From a virus: a DNA stretch of 64,000 nt. The position numbers and the translations under genes were made by a program. The DNA lies in the IMG/VR virus record IMGVR_UViG_3300042874_000422, positions 13,540 through 77,539 of that record; one strand, 5' to 3'. Positions 37,477 to 46,432 of the stretch are shown here, in pieces (positions within the stretch are counted from its first letter, which is position 1; each line of letters opens with the position of its first letter). Below the pieces are notes generated by a model that searched no databases, was not told where the DNA came from, and worked only from the letters and a program-made list of their open reading frames with translations.

Positions 37477-37598
37477 GACCCACACTCTACCCCCGCTTGC
37501 AACCGAGCTTCAACTCGTGCGATACGGGCCGGATCGTGGGGTGGACAGACGACGAGAGGATCGAGCGAGCCCTGTGCGAGCTAGCCGACCACTGGTGG

Positions 37599-38588
37599 CT
37601 AATCTTCGGCGACGATCGTCCACGCGCCGCCGGCGGGGCCGACGTTGCCGTTGGTGATGTGGACCGAGAGATAGTCCGCACACGGGTTGGTGAGCTGAAC
37701 GTTGACGGGAACGTCTGCGGGGGCGGCGAGCTGTTCGAACGCCTTGACCTCGAAGACAGGCGTGAACGAACCAACTGGATGCTCGTTGATGTTGCGAATG
37801 AGGCCAACGCGGTAATCAACGATCTGCGCCGGAATACCGTCGAAATTGTGCGAGAGGAGCGAGATGCCGATGCTCTTACGTCCGTAGATCGGAATCATCG
37901 CGAAGTAACCCGAGTTACCAGCGCCGAGCCCCCAAAGCCCCTCGCGCGCCATCGCAGCACGCTTGGTGGGTGGCGAGAACGCGGGCAGCTTGGCGTAGAA
38001 CTGGAGATGTAAAAACGGCGCTTCTGTCGGCGTGAACGCACCCGTTACGCCGAACATGTTCGTGAACTGCTGACCTGCGTAGTAGCCGGTCGTCGTTCCG
38101 AACTGACCGCCGTGCCCATTCGCACCGACACCCTGGGCCAGATCGTTGTTGGACGGCTTGGGGCCCCACGGAAACACGTAGGCGGTCCCGGCCTGCATCG
38201 CGTCCCACCACGACTGGTTCGCGGTGCCCAGCGTGGGCTCCTTCTGCGTCGCTTGCGAGAACAGCAGCGGCGCTTCGCGCGTGATGATGCGCGGGAGACT
38301 GACGACCAGCTCGGGGAGCATGACATCAGCCGGCGGGATGTTGAGCGTCTTCAGCCGATCCCACGTGTACCAGCAACGATCGATCGTGCTGCGCGGGCCG
38401 ATCGCGACCGCCGCCACCGACGACGGCACTGGACGGCTGCCGGGCGGTGGCCACTGCAGGTTGATCTCGGGTGTGACAGCGCCCGGCGTATCTGACCGAA
38501 CGCCCCAGTCCGTGAATTCAAGCTCGAAGACGTCGTTGCTACGCGCGAGCGCGTCTTCGAACGGGAAGCTGTGCAGGGATTGAGGCAT
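37599..38588 (-). CDS. putative virion structural protein
   Basis: Beta-rich; same string as the capsid candidates. Confidence 0.55.
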   Translation of the reverse strand: MPQSLHSFPFEDALARSNDVFELEFTDWGVRSDTPGAVTPEINLQWPPPGSRPVPSSVAAVAIGPRSTIDRCWYTWDRLKTLNIPPADVMLPELVVSLPRIITREAPLLFSQATQKEPTLGTANQSWWDAMQAGTAYVFPWGPKPSNNDLAQGVGANGHGGQFGTTTGYYAGQQFTNMFGVTGAFTPTEAPFLHLQFYAKLPAFSPPTKRAAMAREGLWGLGAGNSGYFAMIPIYGRKSIGISLLSHNFDGIPAQIVDYRVGLIRNINEHPVGSFTPVFEVKAFEQLAAPADVPVNVQLTNPCADYLSVHITNGNVGPAGGAWTIVAED

Positions 38589-38600
38589 GGTCTCTCCGCG

Positions 38601-38924
38601 TTAAACGACGTCGCTGTTGGGCTTGACCGGGATTGCCTCGGACGCAGCCACCGAAATGATGACGCCGGTGCCGATGCCGACGGCGTAGAGCGCCTGACCC
38701 GGCGCGAGGACGAACGTGTCCTCTTTGTTGATCGGAATGATCCAGGCGTTCGCGAACACAGGGATGTTCGACAGCGTGCCGACGTCATGCGCGAGCAGCG
38801 CATTGTTCGGTCCGAAGTTGCGAACGACCACACGAAGCGGCACGCCAGCGGCCTTCATCAAGGTCGCAGGATTCTGCGTGCCCTGAATCGGGAGAACGAG
38901 GCTGTTCAGCTGTGAAGGCTGCAT
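38601..38924 (-). CDS. small beta-rich virion protein (penton-like candidate)
   Basis: RBS GGAGG; similar to the C-terminal domain of 23829..24398. Confidence 0.55.
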   Translation of the reverse strand: MQPSQLNSLVLPIQGTQNPATLMKAAGVPLRVVVRNFGPNNALLAHDVGTLSNIPVFANAWIIPINKEDTFVLAPGQALYAVGIGTGVIISVAASEAIPVKPNSDVV

Positions 38925-38944
38925 GTCGGACCCTCCGAGTAGAA

Positions 38945-39475
38945 CTAGCGCGTGTTCGACGGCGGTGCGACTTGCAGGAGAAACCCTTGAAAGCCCACTT
39001 CGATGCGGAGCGAGACGAGCGGATCGACGGGAACCGCCGTCGGGATCTGCGCGCCATCCCACGTCGGCAGCGCGAGCGTGTCAACCACGACCTGGAAGCC
39101 CTCGGAGCGGATCAGGTAGTACGGCTCGGCCCACTCCCACGTCCGCTCGCTGCTGCCCTTGGTGAGCAGGTTTATCAGCGTCGGATTCTTCGTCATGATG
39201 ACGTTCTTGCCGAAGTCGTTGATGCGCAGGCGCACCAATTCAGCAAGCATGTCTTGCGACGGCTGGTTCGGCAGCACGCCGTTCGCGTCGTCGAGCGCGG
39301 TGATGCGCGGGATCATGCGGTGGCACTCGAAGGGCATGTCGATGTTGTTGGTGAACACCGCGTCGGGGAACTGCGTGCCCGACTGACTGCCCTGCATGAT
39401 GATTTCACCTGGCATCTCGTACGGGATGCGCATGGTGATTTCGCGATTGGCCCACGTGCTCGGAAGACGACCCAT
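38945..39475 (-). CDS. candidate single-jelly-roll capsid protein (small)
   Basis: All-beta pattern D.PFE...VRLRIND......M.K.P..I....W..PY.L.....FQV.V...IEVGFQG; strong RBS AAGGAG. Fold inferred. Confidence 0.6.
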   Translation of the reverse strand: MGRLPSTWANREITMRIPYEMPGEIIMQGSQSGTQFPDAVFTNNIDMPFECHRMIPRITALDDANGVLPNQPSQDMLAELVRLRINDFGKNVIMTKNPTLINLLTKGSSERTWEWAEPYYLIRSEGFQVVVDTLALPTWDGAQIPTAVPVDPLVSLRIEVGFQGFLLQVAPPSNTR

Positions 39476-39548
39476 GTCAGCAGCTCCTTGTCGACGTTTT
39501 AACTTGATGTCGACGTCCAAACCCTATCACGGTGCCGACCCGTTGGTC

Positions 39549-39860
39549 ATGTTCAAGGCTCCGACCATCGGTCCGCACATGTACCTGGTCGTGGCGACGA
39601 TCTCGACGTGGCCCGAGGCGTTCGACCGTAAGACCGCCGACAAGGCGCTCGCGGCGTTCGTCGAACCACTCGATATGGACACGATACTGTCGACGTTCGA
39701 CACGAACGTTCAGCTCGAAGAGCGAGCCCTCAACTGGGCCGACGTCATCGGTTTCCTCGCTCGCATCACCCAGCGAACGAATGACCTGGTACCGACGAAC
39801 GTCGGCGTCGCGTTCTGGGCGCACTACCTACTTTGGGAAAACCAACAAGGAACGAATTGA
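39549..39860 (+). CDS. hypothetical protein
   Basis: ORF upstream of the NDT-like gene. Confidence 0.5.
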   Translation: MFKAPTIGPHMYLVVATISTWPEAFDRKTADKALAAFVEPLDMDTILSTFDTNVQLEERALNWADVIGFLARITQRTNDLVPTNVGVAFWAHYLLWENQQGTN

Positions 39861-39861
39861 G

Positions 39862-40380
39862 ATGAAGATTTACGTCGCAGCGGCATCCAGCGAGATCGAG
39901 CGCGCAGAGAAGCGCATGGCGCAGCTTAAGGAGATCGGCTTCGACGTCGTCTCGACGTGGCCAGAGGTCATCCGCAAGGTCGGCTCCGCGAACCCAATAG
40001 AGGCGTCGCGCGAGGACCGCGCGACGTGGGCTGCCGAGGATCTATCCCAAGTCGCGACGGCGGAAGTGCTCTGGTACCTGATCCCCGAGAGCGCGCCGAC
40101 GGACGGCGCTAACGTCGAATTCGGCTACGCCTTGATGCTCGGCGTGATGTCGCAGGAAGCCCGCGCCGCCGGGATCAACGCCCCCGTCTATCGCTTGCTC
40201 ACGTCGGGCAAAGAGCGGTCGATCTTCACGGCGCTCGCGATCCATTACAAGACCGACGAAGAGGCGCTCACGGCGCTCAGGGTTCAGCTTGGCTTCCACC
40301 AGATGCTGGCCGGAAAAACGAAAAGCCCCGGAGCTTCCTCCGGGGCCGGACTCGACGGGCCGTCGAGCGAAGGTGGTTAG
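39862..40380 (+). CDS. nucleoside 2-deoxyribosyltransferase-like protein
   Basis: MKIYVA, EDL..V..A, GANVEFGYA (catalytic Glu). Confidence 0.7.
   Translation: MKIYVAAASSEIERAEKRMAQLKEIGFDVVSTWPEVIRKVGSANPIEASREDRATWAAEDLSQVATAEVLWYLIPESAPTDGANVEFGYALMLGVMSQEARAAGINAPVYRLLTSGKERSIFTALAIHYKTDEEALTALRVQLGFHQMLAGKTKSPGASSGAGLDGPSSEGG
40313..40347 (-). terminator. intrinsic terminator
   Basis: GCCCCGGAG-GAAG-CTCCGGGGC-TTTTCGTTTTT on the minus strand. Confidence 0.7.
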
Positions 40381-41424
40381 GGCGTCCAGCGAGTGCGATC
40401 TCGGCACGGCCCAAACCCGGGCGGCGTGCCCAGCGCCTCACCAATCTCCCAGCCGTAACGCTGGACCCGACGAGCAACCAATTCGTAGCGGACGTTAGCC
40501 AGCTCAGCCCATTCGCTGATGGTCCGCGATTGGCCGTTCAGCTCGTACCGGCGCGTAGTGCGTTGGTTCCGGTTCTGCTCGGTGGGTGTCGCCCACCTGA
40601 TGTTGCCGGGCTCGTAATGCCCGTCATTATCGATGCGATCCAACGAGAACAATCGCTCCGATCCGTGGTCACGCGGCGGCCTCGATGCGAACGAGGGCCG
40701 CCGCAAACTTATCGAGGGTTGCGGCGACGACCGCCGCCACCGGCTGTGTCGAGCGCATCTACATCTGCGACGTCGACGGTGGTCCTCCCGTACACGCGGC
40801 GCGTGTGTAGGTCACCGCGAGCAATGGCTCGCCAAATGGTCGACGCGCTGACACCACGTCGAGCGGCAGCGGCTTCGATCGTGACCTGCCGGGCCAGATC
40901 GACGATGCGAGAGAGTGATTTCATGTGAGTCATGCGATGCTTTCTGTCGCATGCCTCGCCGTGGTCCATGGCGAGCATTACTAGTGACACCGATGTCATG
41001 CCTGGCCCTCGTCGAACGAGACCCAAGAAAGCGCCTCGCACCGCCAAGAAGCTGGCGAAGCGCAAGCGCAAGCGCACGACCGCGCGGAAGCCGCGTGACG
41101 TGGAGGTCACCCGCCGTTCACTAGCGATCGCGTCCTGTGACAATGCGACCCGCGCTCGATGCGCGGGAGGGACACGGCGTGCCCGCCTTGGCAGGATGTG
41201 TCCACCCGACACGTGTGGGCGCACACTGCGTGCATTGTGATGCCGCGACCGCCGTAGTCCGGGTACGGCTCGCTGCGCTTGTTGAAGCACCGCGTCTTGA
41301 TGCTCGACCAGGCACGGTAGAGGGCGTTCACGGTTGTGCCGGTGGCGCGCGTGCCTCTGGCCGCACCGTGCTTGGCGCTAGCGATATTCCGCGCGACGAG
41401 ATCTGGTCGAGGTCCAACACCCAT
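40377..41424 (-). pseudogene. HNH-type endonuclease gene split by about 0.5 kb of unrelated DNA
   Basis: 5' part YRAW..IK.RC.N....Y.DYGGRGIT; 3' part SLDRIDNDG.YEPGN.RWAT..EQ.RN. Confidence 0.8.
40709..40933 (-). CDS. excisionase-like HTH protein inside the insert
   Basis: TIEAAAARRGVSASTIWRAIARGDL. Confidence 0.55.
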   Translation of the reverse strand: MTHMKSLSRIVDLARQVTIEAAAARRGVSASTIWRAIARGDLHTRRVYGRTTVDVADVDALDTAGGGGRRRNPR

Positions 41425-41451
41425 GACCGACCGTCGCACGCAGGTCAGACA

Positions 41452-41481
41452 AACGAAAAGCCGCCCACGTTGGGCGGCTTT
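41452..41481 (-). terminator. intrinsic terminator after the capsid gene
   Basis: AAAGCCGCCCA-ACG-TGGGCGGCTTTTCGTTT. Confidence 0.8.
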
Positions 41482-41520
41482 GGTTGCCGAAGCAGCTACG
41501 CCTAAATAGGCGTAATTGCT

Positions 41521-42231
41521 TTAGACAACGCTCCTCTTGATGAGGCCGTAGAGGTACGTCTTGACGTCCGCGAACGTCAGAGCCGCACCGTTGTCAGCAG
41601 CCGCCTGGCTGATGACGATCGGCGCCTCGGGCTGGAACGACATCTTGAAGCCGAGGTTCTCGCGGAGGTCGATCGGCAGGACCATCGCGTTGCGATCACG
41701 GGGCGACGGGACGCCGTTCTGCGCCAGCTCGAATGAGCTGGTCGTGGCGAACACGTAGTAGCCGTGACCCTGCGGGTAGTCCTGCATCACGCCGTACGTG
41801 TAGACCTTCCCGTTGTACGAGAATTCCAGGTACGTCACGCGATCGAACTGGAACAGCGTGTTGAGGATCGGCGGGGCCGAGAGCGCGCCCGAGCCGTCCG
41901 CGAGGACAGGCTGCGTCGGGTTCGCCGTCGGGCCGCGCATGACGCGGACCATCTTCACGCCGATGCCGTACACGTACATCTCCCACGACTGCGGCAGACC
42001 GGAGTCGCCGTTACGGGGGACGTTGGTGTCGACGCGCGTCGAGGCGCGCGTGCCGCCCGGGATGGGCTGCGAGCGGCCAGCCGTGAACGCCTCGACCGGC
42101 GAGGTCTGGGTGTTCGTGATCTGGACGGTGCTGTAGAGCTTGTCGTCGATCCAGTCGCTGATCGCGACCGTCTGCCCGTTGGGCAGGGTGAGGGTCGTGG
42201 TTCCGGGTGCTACGCCAACAGTTCCAGCCAT
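41521..42231 (-). CDS. candidate major capsid protein, single-jelly-roll type
   Basis: LYST, DTN.....LP....VYGI, NGVPSP.....LPI.L.....F...F, C-terminal VK.YL.GL..R.V; RBS AGGAG, own terminator, strongly biased codons. Fold inferred. Confidence 0.65.
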   Translation of the reverse strand: MAGTVGVAPGTTTLTLPNGQTVAISDWIDDKLYSTVQITNTQTSPVEAFTAGRSQPIPGGTRASTRVDTNVPRNGDSGLPQSWEMYVYGIGVKMVRVMRGPTANPTQPVLADGSGALSAPPILNTLFQFDRVTYLEFSYNGKVYTYGVMQDYPQGHGYYVFATTSSFELAQNGVPSPRDRNAMVLPIDLRENLGFKMSFQPEAPIVISQAAADNGAALTFADVKTYLYGLIKRSVV

Positions 42232-42317
42232 GTCACGTTCTCCTGAGAAGAGGGTCTAGGAAGCCCGAACGTCGGGGGACGTCCCCCTGGGTTCGGTAGG
42301 CCGCGAAACACGCGGCT

Positions 42318-42399
42318 TGGCCGGCTTAAACGGGGTCGAACCGTCTCCTCCCTCGGGCCTTGAACCTTCGGGTGCTCTCACCGGAGAGCTTGTCAGCCG
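42318..42399 (-). tRNA. tRNA-like element / pseudo-tRNA with aberrant anticodon arm (possible CAA)
   Basis: Acceptor CGGCTGA/TAAGCCG plus GCCA, D arm GCTC..GGT..GAGC, T arm GACGG-TTCGACC-CCGTT. Confidence 0.6.
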
Positions 42400-42438
42400 T
42401 CGACACGGGTTGCCCCGTGCGAGCGAGTTGTCAGGGAA

Positions 42439-43131
42439 CTAGCGGCTGCCGCCGAGCAAGGTCGCGCCGTACGCAGCCGACAGACCGTGGATCTGCGGAC
42501 CGCCGAGGAGCGAGACCTGGCTCGACCGCGAGCTGGGCTGGCCGAGCAAGCTCACGGGAGCCGAGCGACCGAGTGACGTACCGGCGAAGCCGGGACCCGC
42601 AACGCCCGGGATCGTGCCGACCGACTGCGGCTGTGGCGCGATCGACGGGATGCCAAGGCCATTCAGGTAATTCATCTTCGGGATGCCGAGACCGTTCAGG
42701 TACGTCCCATCAGCCTGACGACGCATACCGAGGCCGTTGAGCGCGTTCACCTGCGCGATACCGAGGCCGGCCATCGCGCCCGGCTCCTTCTCGACGGCGG
42801 TCTGCACGGCGGCACTCGCCACCGCGACCGGGAACAGGAGCTTCTCGATGTACGAGAGGCCCGCTGCGAGGAACGAACCAACGACGGAGCCGAGCGCCAT
42901 CGGGCGCGTCGAGCGCATCGCTGCGAGGAGACCGGAGGTGCCGAGGCCCGCGAGCAGGCCGTACAGCTCGCGGTTCTTCGCGTTCTTGCCGCCCTGGACG
43001 TGAGCGAGCGCCATCGACGTCACGCCTGCGACGCCACCGCCGATGAGCGTGCCGTAAAAGCTCAGCGGACCAGCGCTGAGACCGAGGCCGAGCAGGTTGA
43101 CTTCTCCGAGTAGCTTCGCGCGACGGGCCAT
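42439..43131 (-). CDS. major membrane protein candidate (3 TM) with LNGLG repeats
   Basis: Three hydrophobic helices; MAGLG and three LNGLG; directly upstream of the capsid gene. Confidence 0.65.
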   Translation of the reverse strand: MARRAKLLGEVNLLGLGLSAGPLSFYGTLIGGGVAGVTSMALAHVQGGKNAKNRELYGLLAGLGTSGLLAAMRSTRPMALGSVVGSFLAAGLSYIEKLLFPVAVASAAVQTAVEKEPGAMAGLGIAQVNALNGLGMRRQADGTYLNGLGIPKMNYLNGLGIPSIAPQPQSVGTIPGVAGPGFAGTSLGRSAPVSLLGQPSSRSSQVSLLGGPQIHGLSAAYGATLLGGSR

Positions 43132-43145
43132 TGACGTTCTCCTTG

Positions 43146-43328
43146 TTATCGAGTCGGGTTGGAGCAGCTACCGGTGAACACCAGCCCGCTGCGATGCTTC
43201 TTGCTCTTGGGGACTCTGCAGATCTCGACGCCGCGCTTCGTTCGCTTGTTGAACACGCAGCGACAGTCGGTGCGCTGAACCGGACGTTCCCCGACGCCGG
43301 CCAACGTCATGACGTGATTCTTCGCCAC
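43146..43328 (-). CDS. small basic Cys-containing protein
   Basis: GTG overlapping the upstream TAG; LAGVG then a K/R-rich segment. Confidence 0.5.
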   Translation of the reverse strand: MAKNHVMTLAGVGERPVQRTDCRCVFNKRTKRGVEICRVPKSKKHRSGLVFTGSCSNPTR

Positions 43329-43813
43329 TAACCGTTCCACCAACGGTTGGTCCACTGGTGCCAGCTCGTCTCGGCCTGCGAGCGAGCGTAAGCGTTCGGC
43401 AGACCACCACCCTTGAGGAGATGGGCGACCATCTGCTCCTTGGCGATCATCTGCGGCGCGATCTCCTCGCCGACCTGCGGGTAGCCCGCGCCCCAGCCGG
43501 GCTGGATCATGCCGCCGGCGCCGATCGCGTGCATCCGCTCCATCGGAAGCGCCTGGAGGACCTGCTTCTTCGCCTGCTTCTTCGCGCGCCACGCGGCGAA
43601 TTGCAGACGAATGCGATCGATGACGCCGACACCGCGAAGACCGCCGAGACCGTTGGTCTGGAGATCCATCGGGTACTGCGTGAACGACGCCGCCACCGAC
43701 TGGACGTCGGCATTCGGGTCGTAGCCGATCGCCGGCTGGAGGACGCTCGTGCGGTAGACCCTATCGGGCCTGACGTAGTGCGAGGTGCCCCCATGCCGCG
43801 TGATGATCTGCAT
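43328..43813 (-). CDS. putative virion protein with a GLGGLRGVG motif
   Basis: In the capsid gene string. Confidence 0.6.
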   Translation of the reverse strand: MQIITRHGGTSHYVRPDRVYRTSVLQPAIGYDPNADVQSVAASFTQYPMDLQTNGLGGLRGVGVIDRIRLQFAAWRAKKQAKKQVLQALPMERMHAIGAGGMIQPGWGAGYPQVGEEIAPQMIAKEQMVAHLLKGGGLPNAYARSQAETSWHQWTNRWWNG

Positions 43814-43879
43814 GGTTCATGTGTACCGACGTAGACGTAACTAAGCAATATTGTTAAAGAACTTAGAACAGCAGATCAC

Positions 43880-44515
43880 ATGAGGCTTCATAACACCCTG
43901 AAAGATCGTTCCAAGCGCCCGCGCTTGATCAATTCTTTGATCTGTCGTTCGGAAGGTGCGACAGAACGTAGACACGTGCGAACCGTGTATTTCCTGTCGA
44001 ACAGCGATCTCTCGCGCGTGAAGATCGGCAAAGCGACACGAACTTCGACACGGGTTCGCGCCGTTCAGGCTGGGTCTGCCGAGCAACTCTTACTCGTGGC
44101 CGAGGTCGACGGCTACACACACGTCGAACGCTGGTTTCACGATCGCTTCGCGACACGCCGAATCCACAACGAGTGGTTCGTAGTCGACGACGAGCTTGGA
44201 AAAACAATCGCAGAGATCCAGCGCGCAGGGCGCGGCGCGAGCAGACATCTTTGCCCTGATGCTTTTGCGAAAGATCTGCCGCCACAGATCAACGCGCACA
44301 CGAAACTGACACCCGAGATCGTCGAAGAAGCACGCTGTCGCTACGATCGCGGAGAATCGATCACGGCGCTGATTCACCGCTTCTCGGCGATCAAGCCGCT
44401 CGATCTCAGTCGGGCGGTGTTCGGGCTCACCTGGCAACAACTGGCGCCGACGACGCGAAAACCACCTGACGATCTGCGTCGGTTGCTTCAGGGCAAGTAT
44501 CGTAGAGTCTCGTAG
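43880..44515 (+). CDS. T5orf172/MUG113 (GIY-YIG-like) domain protein
   Basis: VYF.....VKIG......R...Q.GS...L......ER.FH.RF...RI..EWF. Confidence 0.8.
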   Translation: MRLHNTLKDRSKRPRLINSLICRSEGATERRHVRTVYFLSNSDLSRVKIGKATRTSTRVRAVQAGSAEQLLLVAEVDGYTHVERWFHDRFATRRIHNEWFVVDDELGKTIAEIQRAGRGASRHLCPDAFAKDLPPQINAHTKLTPEIVEEARCRYDRGESITALIHRFSAIKPLDLSRAVFGLTWQQLAPTTRKPPDDLRRLLQGKYRRVS

Positions 44516-44517
44516 CC

Positions 44518-45054
44518 ATGATGATCCTCAATCCGACGACCGCTGCTGCCGTGGTGCTGCACGCGAGCGATGGGGTGTGGATCATGTTCCTGCAGTCGAC
44601 GGCGCCCTGTGATCCGTACGGCCCAATCATGATCGAGAGCACGATGCGGGAACGGCTCGCGGCTCGTTTGACAGATCTCAACGAGGACAACGCCTACGGT
44701 CTCCGATTGATCGGTCTGATGCCGGTGAACGACCCCAAGAATGTCGACACCGTCTTGGAGGCGTTCGACGCCTACCGGCTGCACGATGCGTGGTTCGCAC
44801 CGAACGCCGAGCTTTTGGCGTTCATCGCCGAGAACGCCCAAGACGCGATCTCGTTGCTCCTGGCGCAAACGCGGCCCGGCGCGCTCCCTGACGCACCGAT
44901 CATGATCAACGAAATGGCTGACATCCTCGGGGTCTCGGTACCGACGGTGCGGCGCATGATCAAGCTGGAGGAGATCCCGTTCCTGAAGTTCGGCCGAGTC
45001 TACCGTTTCATCGCCGCCGATGTTCTCGCGAGCCTAGAACGACGCCAGCGGTAA
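44518..45054 (+). CDS. degenerate T5orf172-like domain plus excisionase-type HTH
   Basis: F..YRL..AWF; INEMADILGVSVPTVRRMIK...IP..KFGR..RF. Confidence 0.7.
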   Translation: MMILNPTTAAAVVLHASDGVWIMFLQSTAPCDPYGPIMIESTMRERLAARLTDLNEDNAYGLRLIGLMPVNDPKNVDTVLEAFDAYRLHDAWFAPNAELLAFIAENAQDAISLLLAQTRPGALPDAPIMINEMADILGVSVPTVRRMIKLEEIPFLKFGRVYRFIAADVLASLERRQR

Positions 45055-45080
45055 CCGCACTGCCGCGCTGCCGGATCCTA

Positions 45081-45353
45081 CTACTTCAGAATCGCCGCGA
45101 GCCCGCCGAGAACGCCGAGACCGAGCGCGGCCACGGTGCCGACGACAATCCACTTGCGATTCTTCCACCACCATGAATCGAACATCGCGTTAGCGGCGTC
45201 GATCGGGGCGTCCATTGTACCGCCGAGGTAAGGGCCGACCGGCTGCGCCGTCGACTGCGTCATGCCCGGCGGGAACCGCATGTCGGTGACCTGCGGATTC
45301 ATCGCGGGATCCATGTTGAACTGCCACGCTGGGATGAACCCGAGGTTGTTCAT
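45081..45353 (-). CDS. small virion membrane protein (C-terminal TM)
   Basis: YLGG; terminal hydrophobic helix. Confidence 0.6.
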   Translation of the reverse strand: MNNLGFIPAWQFNMDPAMNPQVTDMRFPPGMTQSTAQPVGPYLGGTMDAPIDAANAMFDSWWWKNRKWIVVGTVAALGLGVLGGLAAILK

Positions 45354-45367
45354 GGCGTCAGCTTACA

Positions 45368-45682
45368 TCACTTCGGTTTCGCGAAGCCGGGCTTGCGAGC
45401 GATGGCCACGATCGGCGTGAACACCGGGAAGAGCCCACCCATGAGGAACCACCACACACCCCAGCCAATGCTGCCGTGGTTGCGCTTGATCCCGTGGTAA
45501 CCACTCGCGCCTGCTGACGCGAGCGCAAGGAGCCCCCAGATCGTGTTCTTTGTGATCTTCGACGAGTCGACGATCGGCGGTGCGTCGGTGACGACAGGTT
45601 CAGCACTGAGGTGACCGAGCCCGTTCAGCCCGTACAGCCCATGTACACCGGTCATCCCGCGCAACGCTTGCAGATTCAACAT
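45368..45682 (-). CDS. small virion membrane protein with LxG repeats
   Basis: LRGMTGVHGLYGLNGLG then 2 TM. Confidence 0.65.
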   Translation of the reverse strand: MLNLQALRGMTGVHGLYGLNGLGHLSAEPVVTDAPPIVDSSKITKNTIWGLLALASAGASGYHGIKRNHGSIGWGVWWFLMGGLFPVFTPIVAIARKPGFAKPK

Positions 45683-45700
45683 GCGTCGATGATGCCGCTG

Positions 45701-46393
45701 CTACGCGGGGAAGTCGAGAGCCTCGGCGTAAGGGACCTCGACCGCGTACTTGTTGCGGCCGGGTAGCGTCGTGTCGAGCGCGACCCACTTCGACGGGCCG
45801 TTCTTCGGCAACCCTGCGAGCGGGAAGATGTGCGACCAGTCGTCGCTCTTGCTCTCTTTCATCACGCGAAGGCGCGGCGTGATGCCATTGAGCGCGAGCA
45901 AGGTCGCGATCAGCACGCTCTGGTCGTCGCAATCACCGCCGCCGAATTCCAGCGTGCGCCGCGCGCTCTGATAAAGGTCGATACCCTCGACGTCGCCGTT
46001 CGGGAACTTGATCGGCGCGACATCGCCCGTGTACCGGACGTTGTCCTTGACGAAGTTGTACACCGCACGCGCCTCGCACTCACCATCGCGCTCGGGGCAC
46101 TGCGACGTGATCTTGAGTGCGAGCTTGCGCATCTCCGGATCTTGCACCGACTTGTGGACGAGTTTCTGGATCGACGCGAGGCGCTCTTCGATCGGCATTC
46201 CTTCGCTGGCGCGAAGCGTCGTTCGCATGTTGCCGTCGGAGTAGCCGTCGATCGCCGGCGCCTCTTCGTACCGCTTCGACATGAAACGTACACGTCCGAG
46301 GCTCGCCGTCTTGCGCTGACGGTAAATGAAGTACCCGCCAAGGAGAGCGACACCGAGACCAACGAGGCCCCATTGCTTGCGTGACAGCGCCAT
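45701..46393 (-). CDS. TM-anchored transglutaminase-like (papain-fold) cysteine enzyme
   Basis: VYNFVK.NVRY..D, GDCDD (Cys), WSHIF (His), VALDTT (Asp). Confidence 0.85.
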   Translation of the reverse strand: MALSRKQWGLVGLGVALLGGYFIYRQRKTASLGRVRFMSKRYEEAPAIDGYSDGNMRTTLRASEGMPIEERLASIQKLVHKSVQDPEMRKLALKITSQCPERDGECEARAVYNFVKDNVRYTGDVAPIKFPNGDVEGIDLYQSARRTLEFGGGDCDDQSVLIATLLALNGITPRLRVMKESKSDDWSHIFPLAGLPKNGPSKWVALDTTLPGRNKYAVEVPYAEALDFPA

Positions 46394-46432
46394 TGGTCCT
46401 GACGGTATCACGCTCTATGTTAGGCTCGCGAT

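Larger units (their letters stand above)
36377..37515 (-). repeat. 21-bp direct repeat (1 mismatch) at 36377-36397 and 37495-37515, a duplicated promoter
   Basis: GCTTGCAACYGAGCTTCAACT; on the minus strand TTGAAG-N18-TACAGT or TAGAGT, then ATG 7 nt later. Confidence 0.7.

Noticed and set aside
40711-41226. Group II intron in the HNH gene (insert starts near GTGCGCCC and has a CGAT end)
   Set aside because: No recognisable domain V/VI, the insert encodes an HTH ORF, and excision would not restore the missing conserved HNH segment.
42318-42399. Canonical functional tRNA-Leu or suppressor tRNA
   Set aside because: The anticodon stem, position 8 and the variable arm are non-canonical; kept only as tRNA-like.
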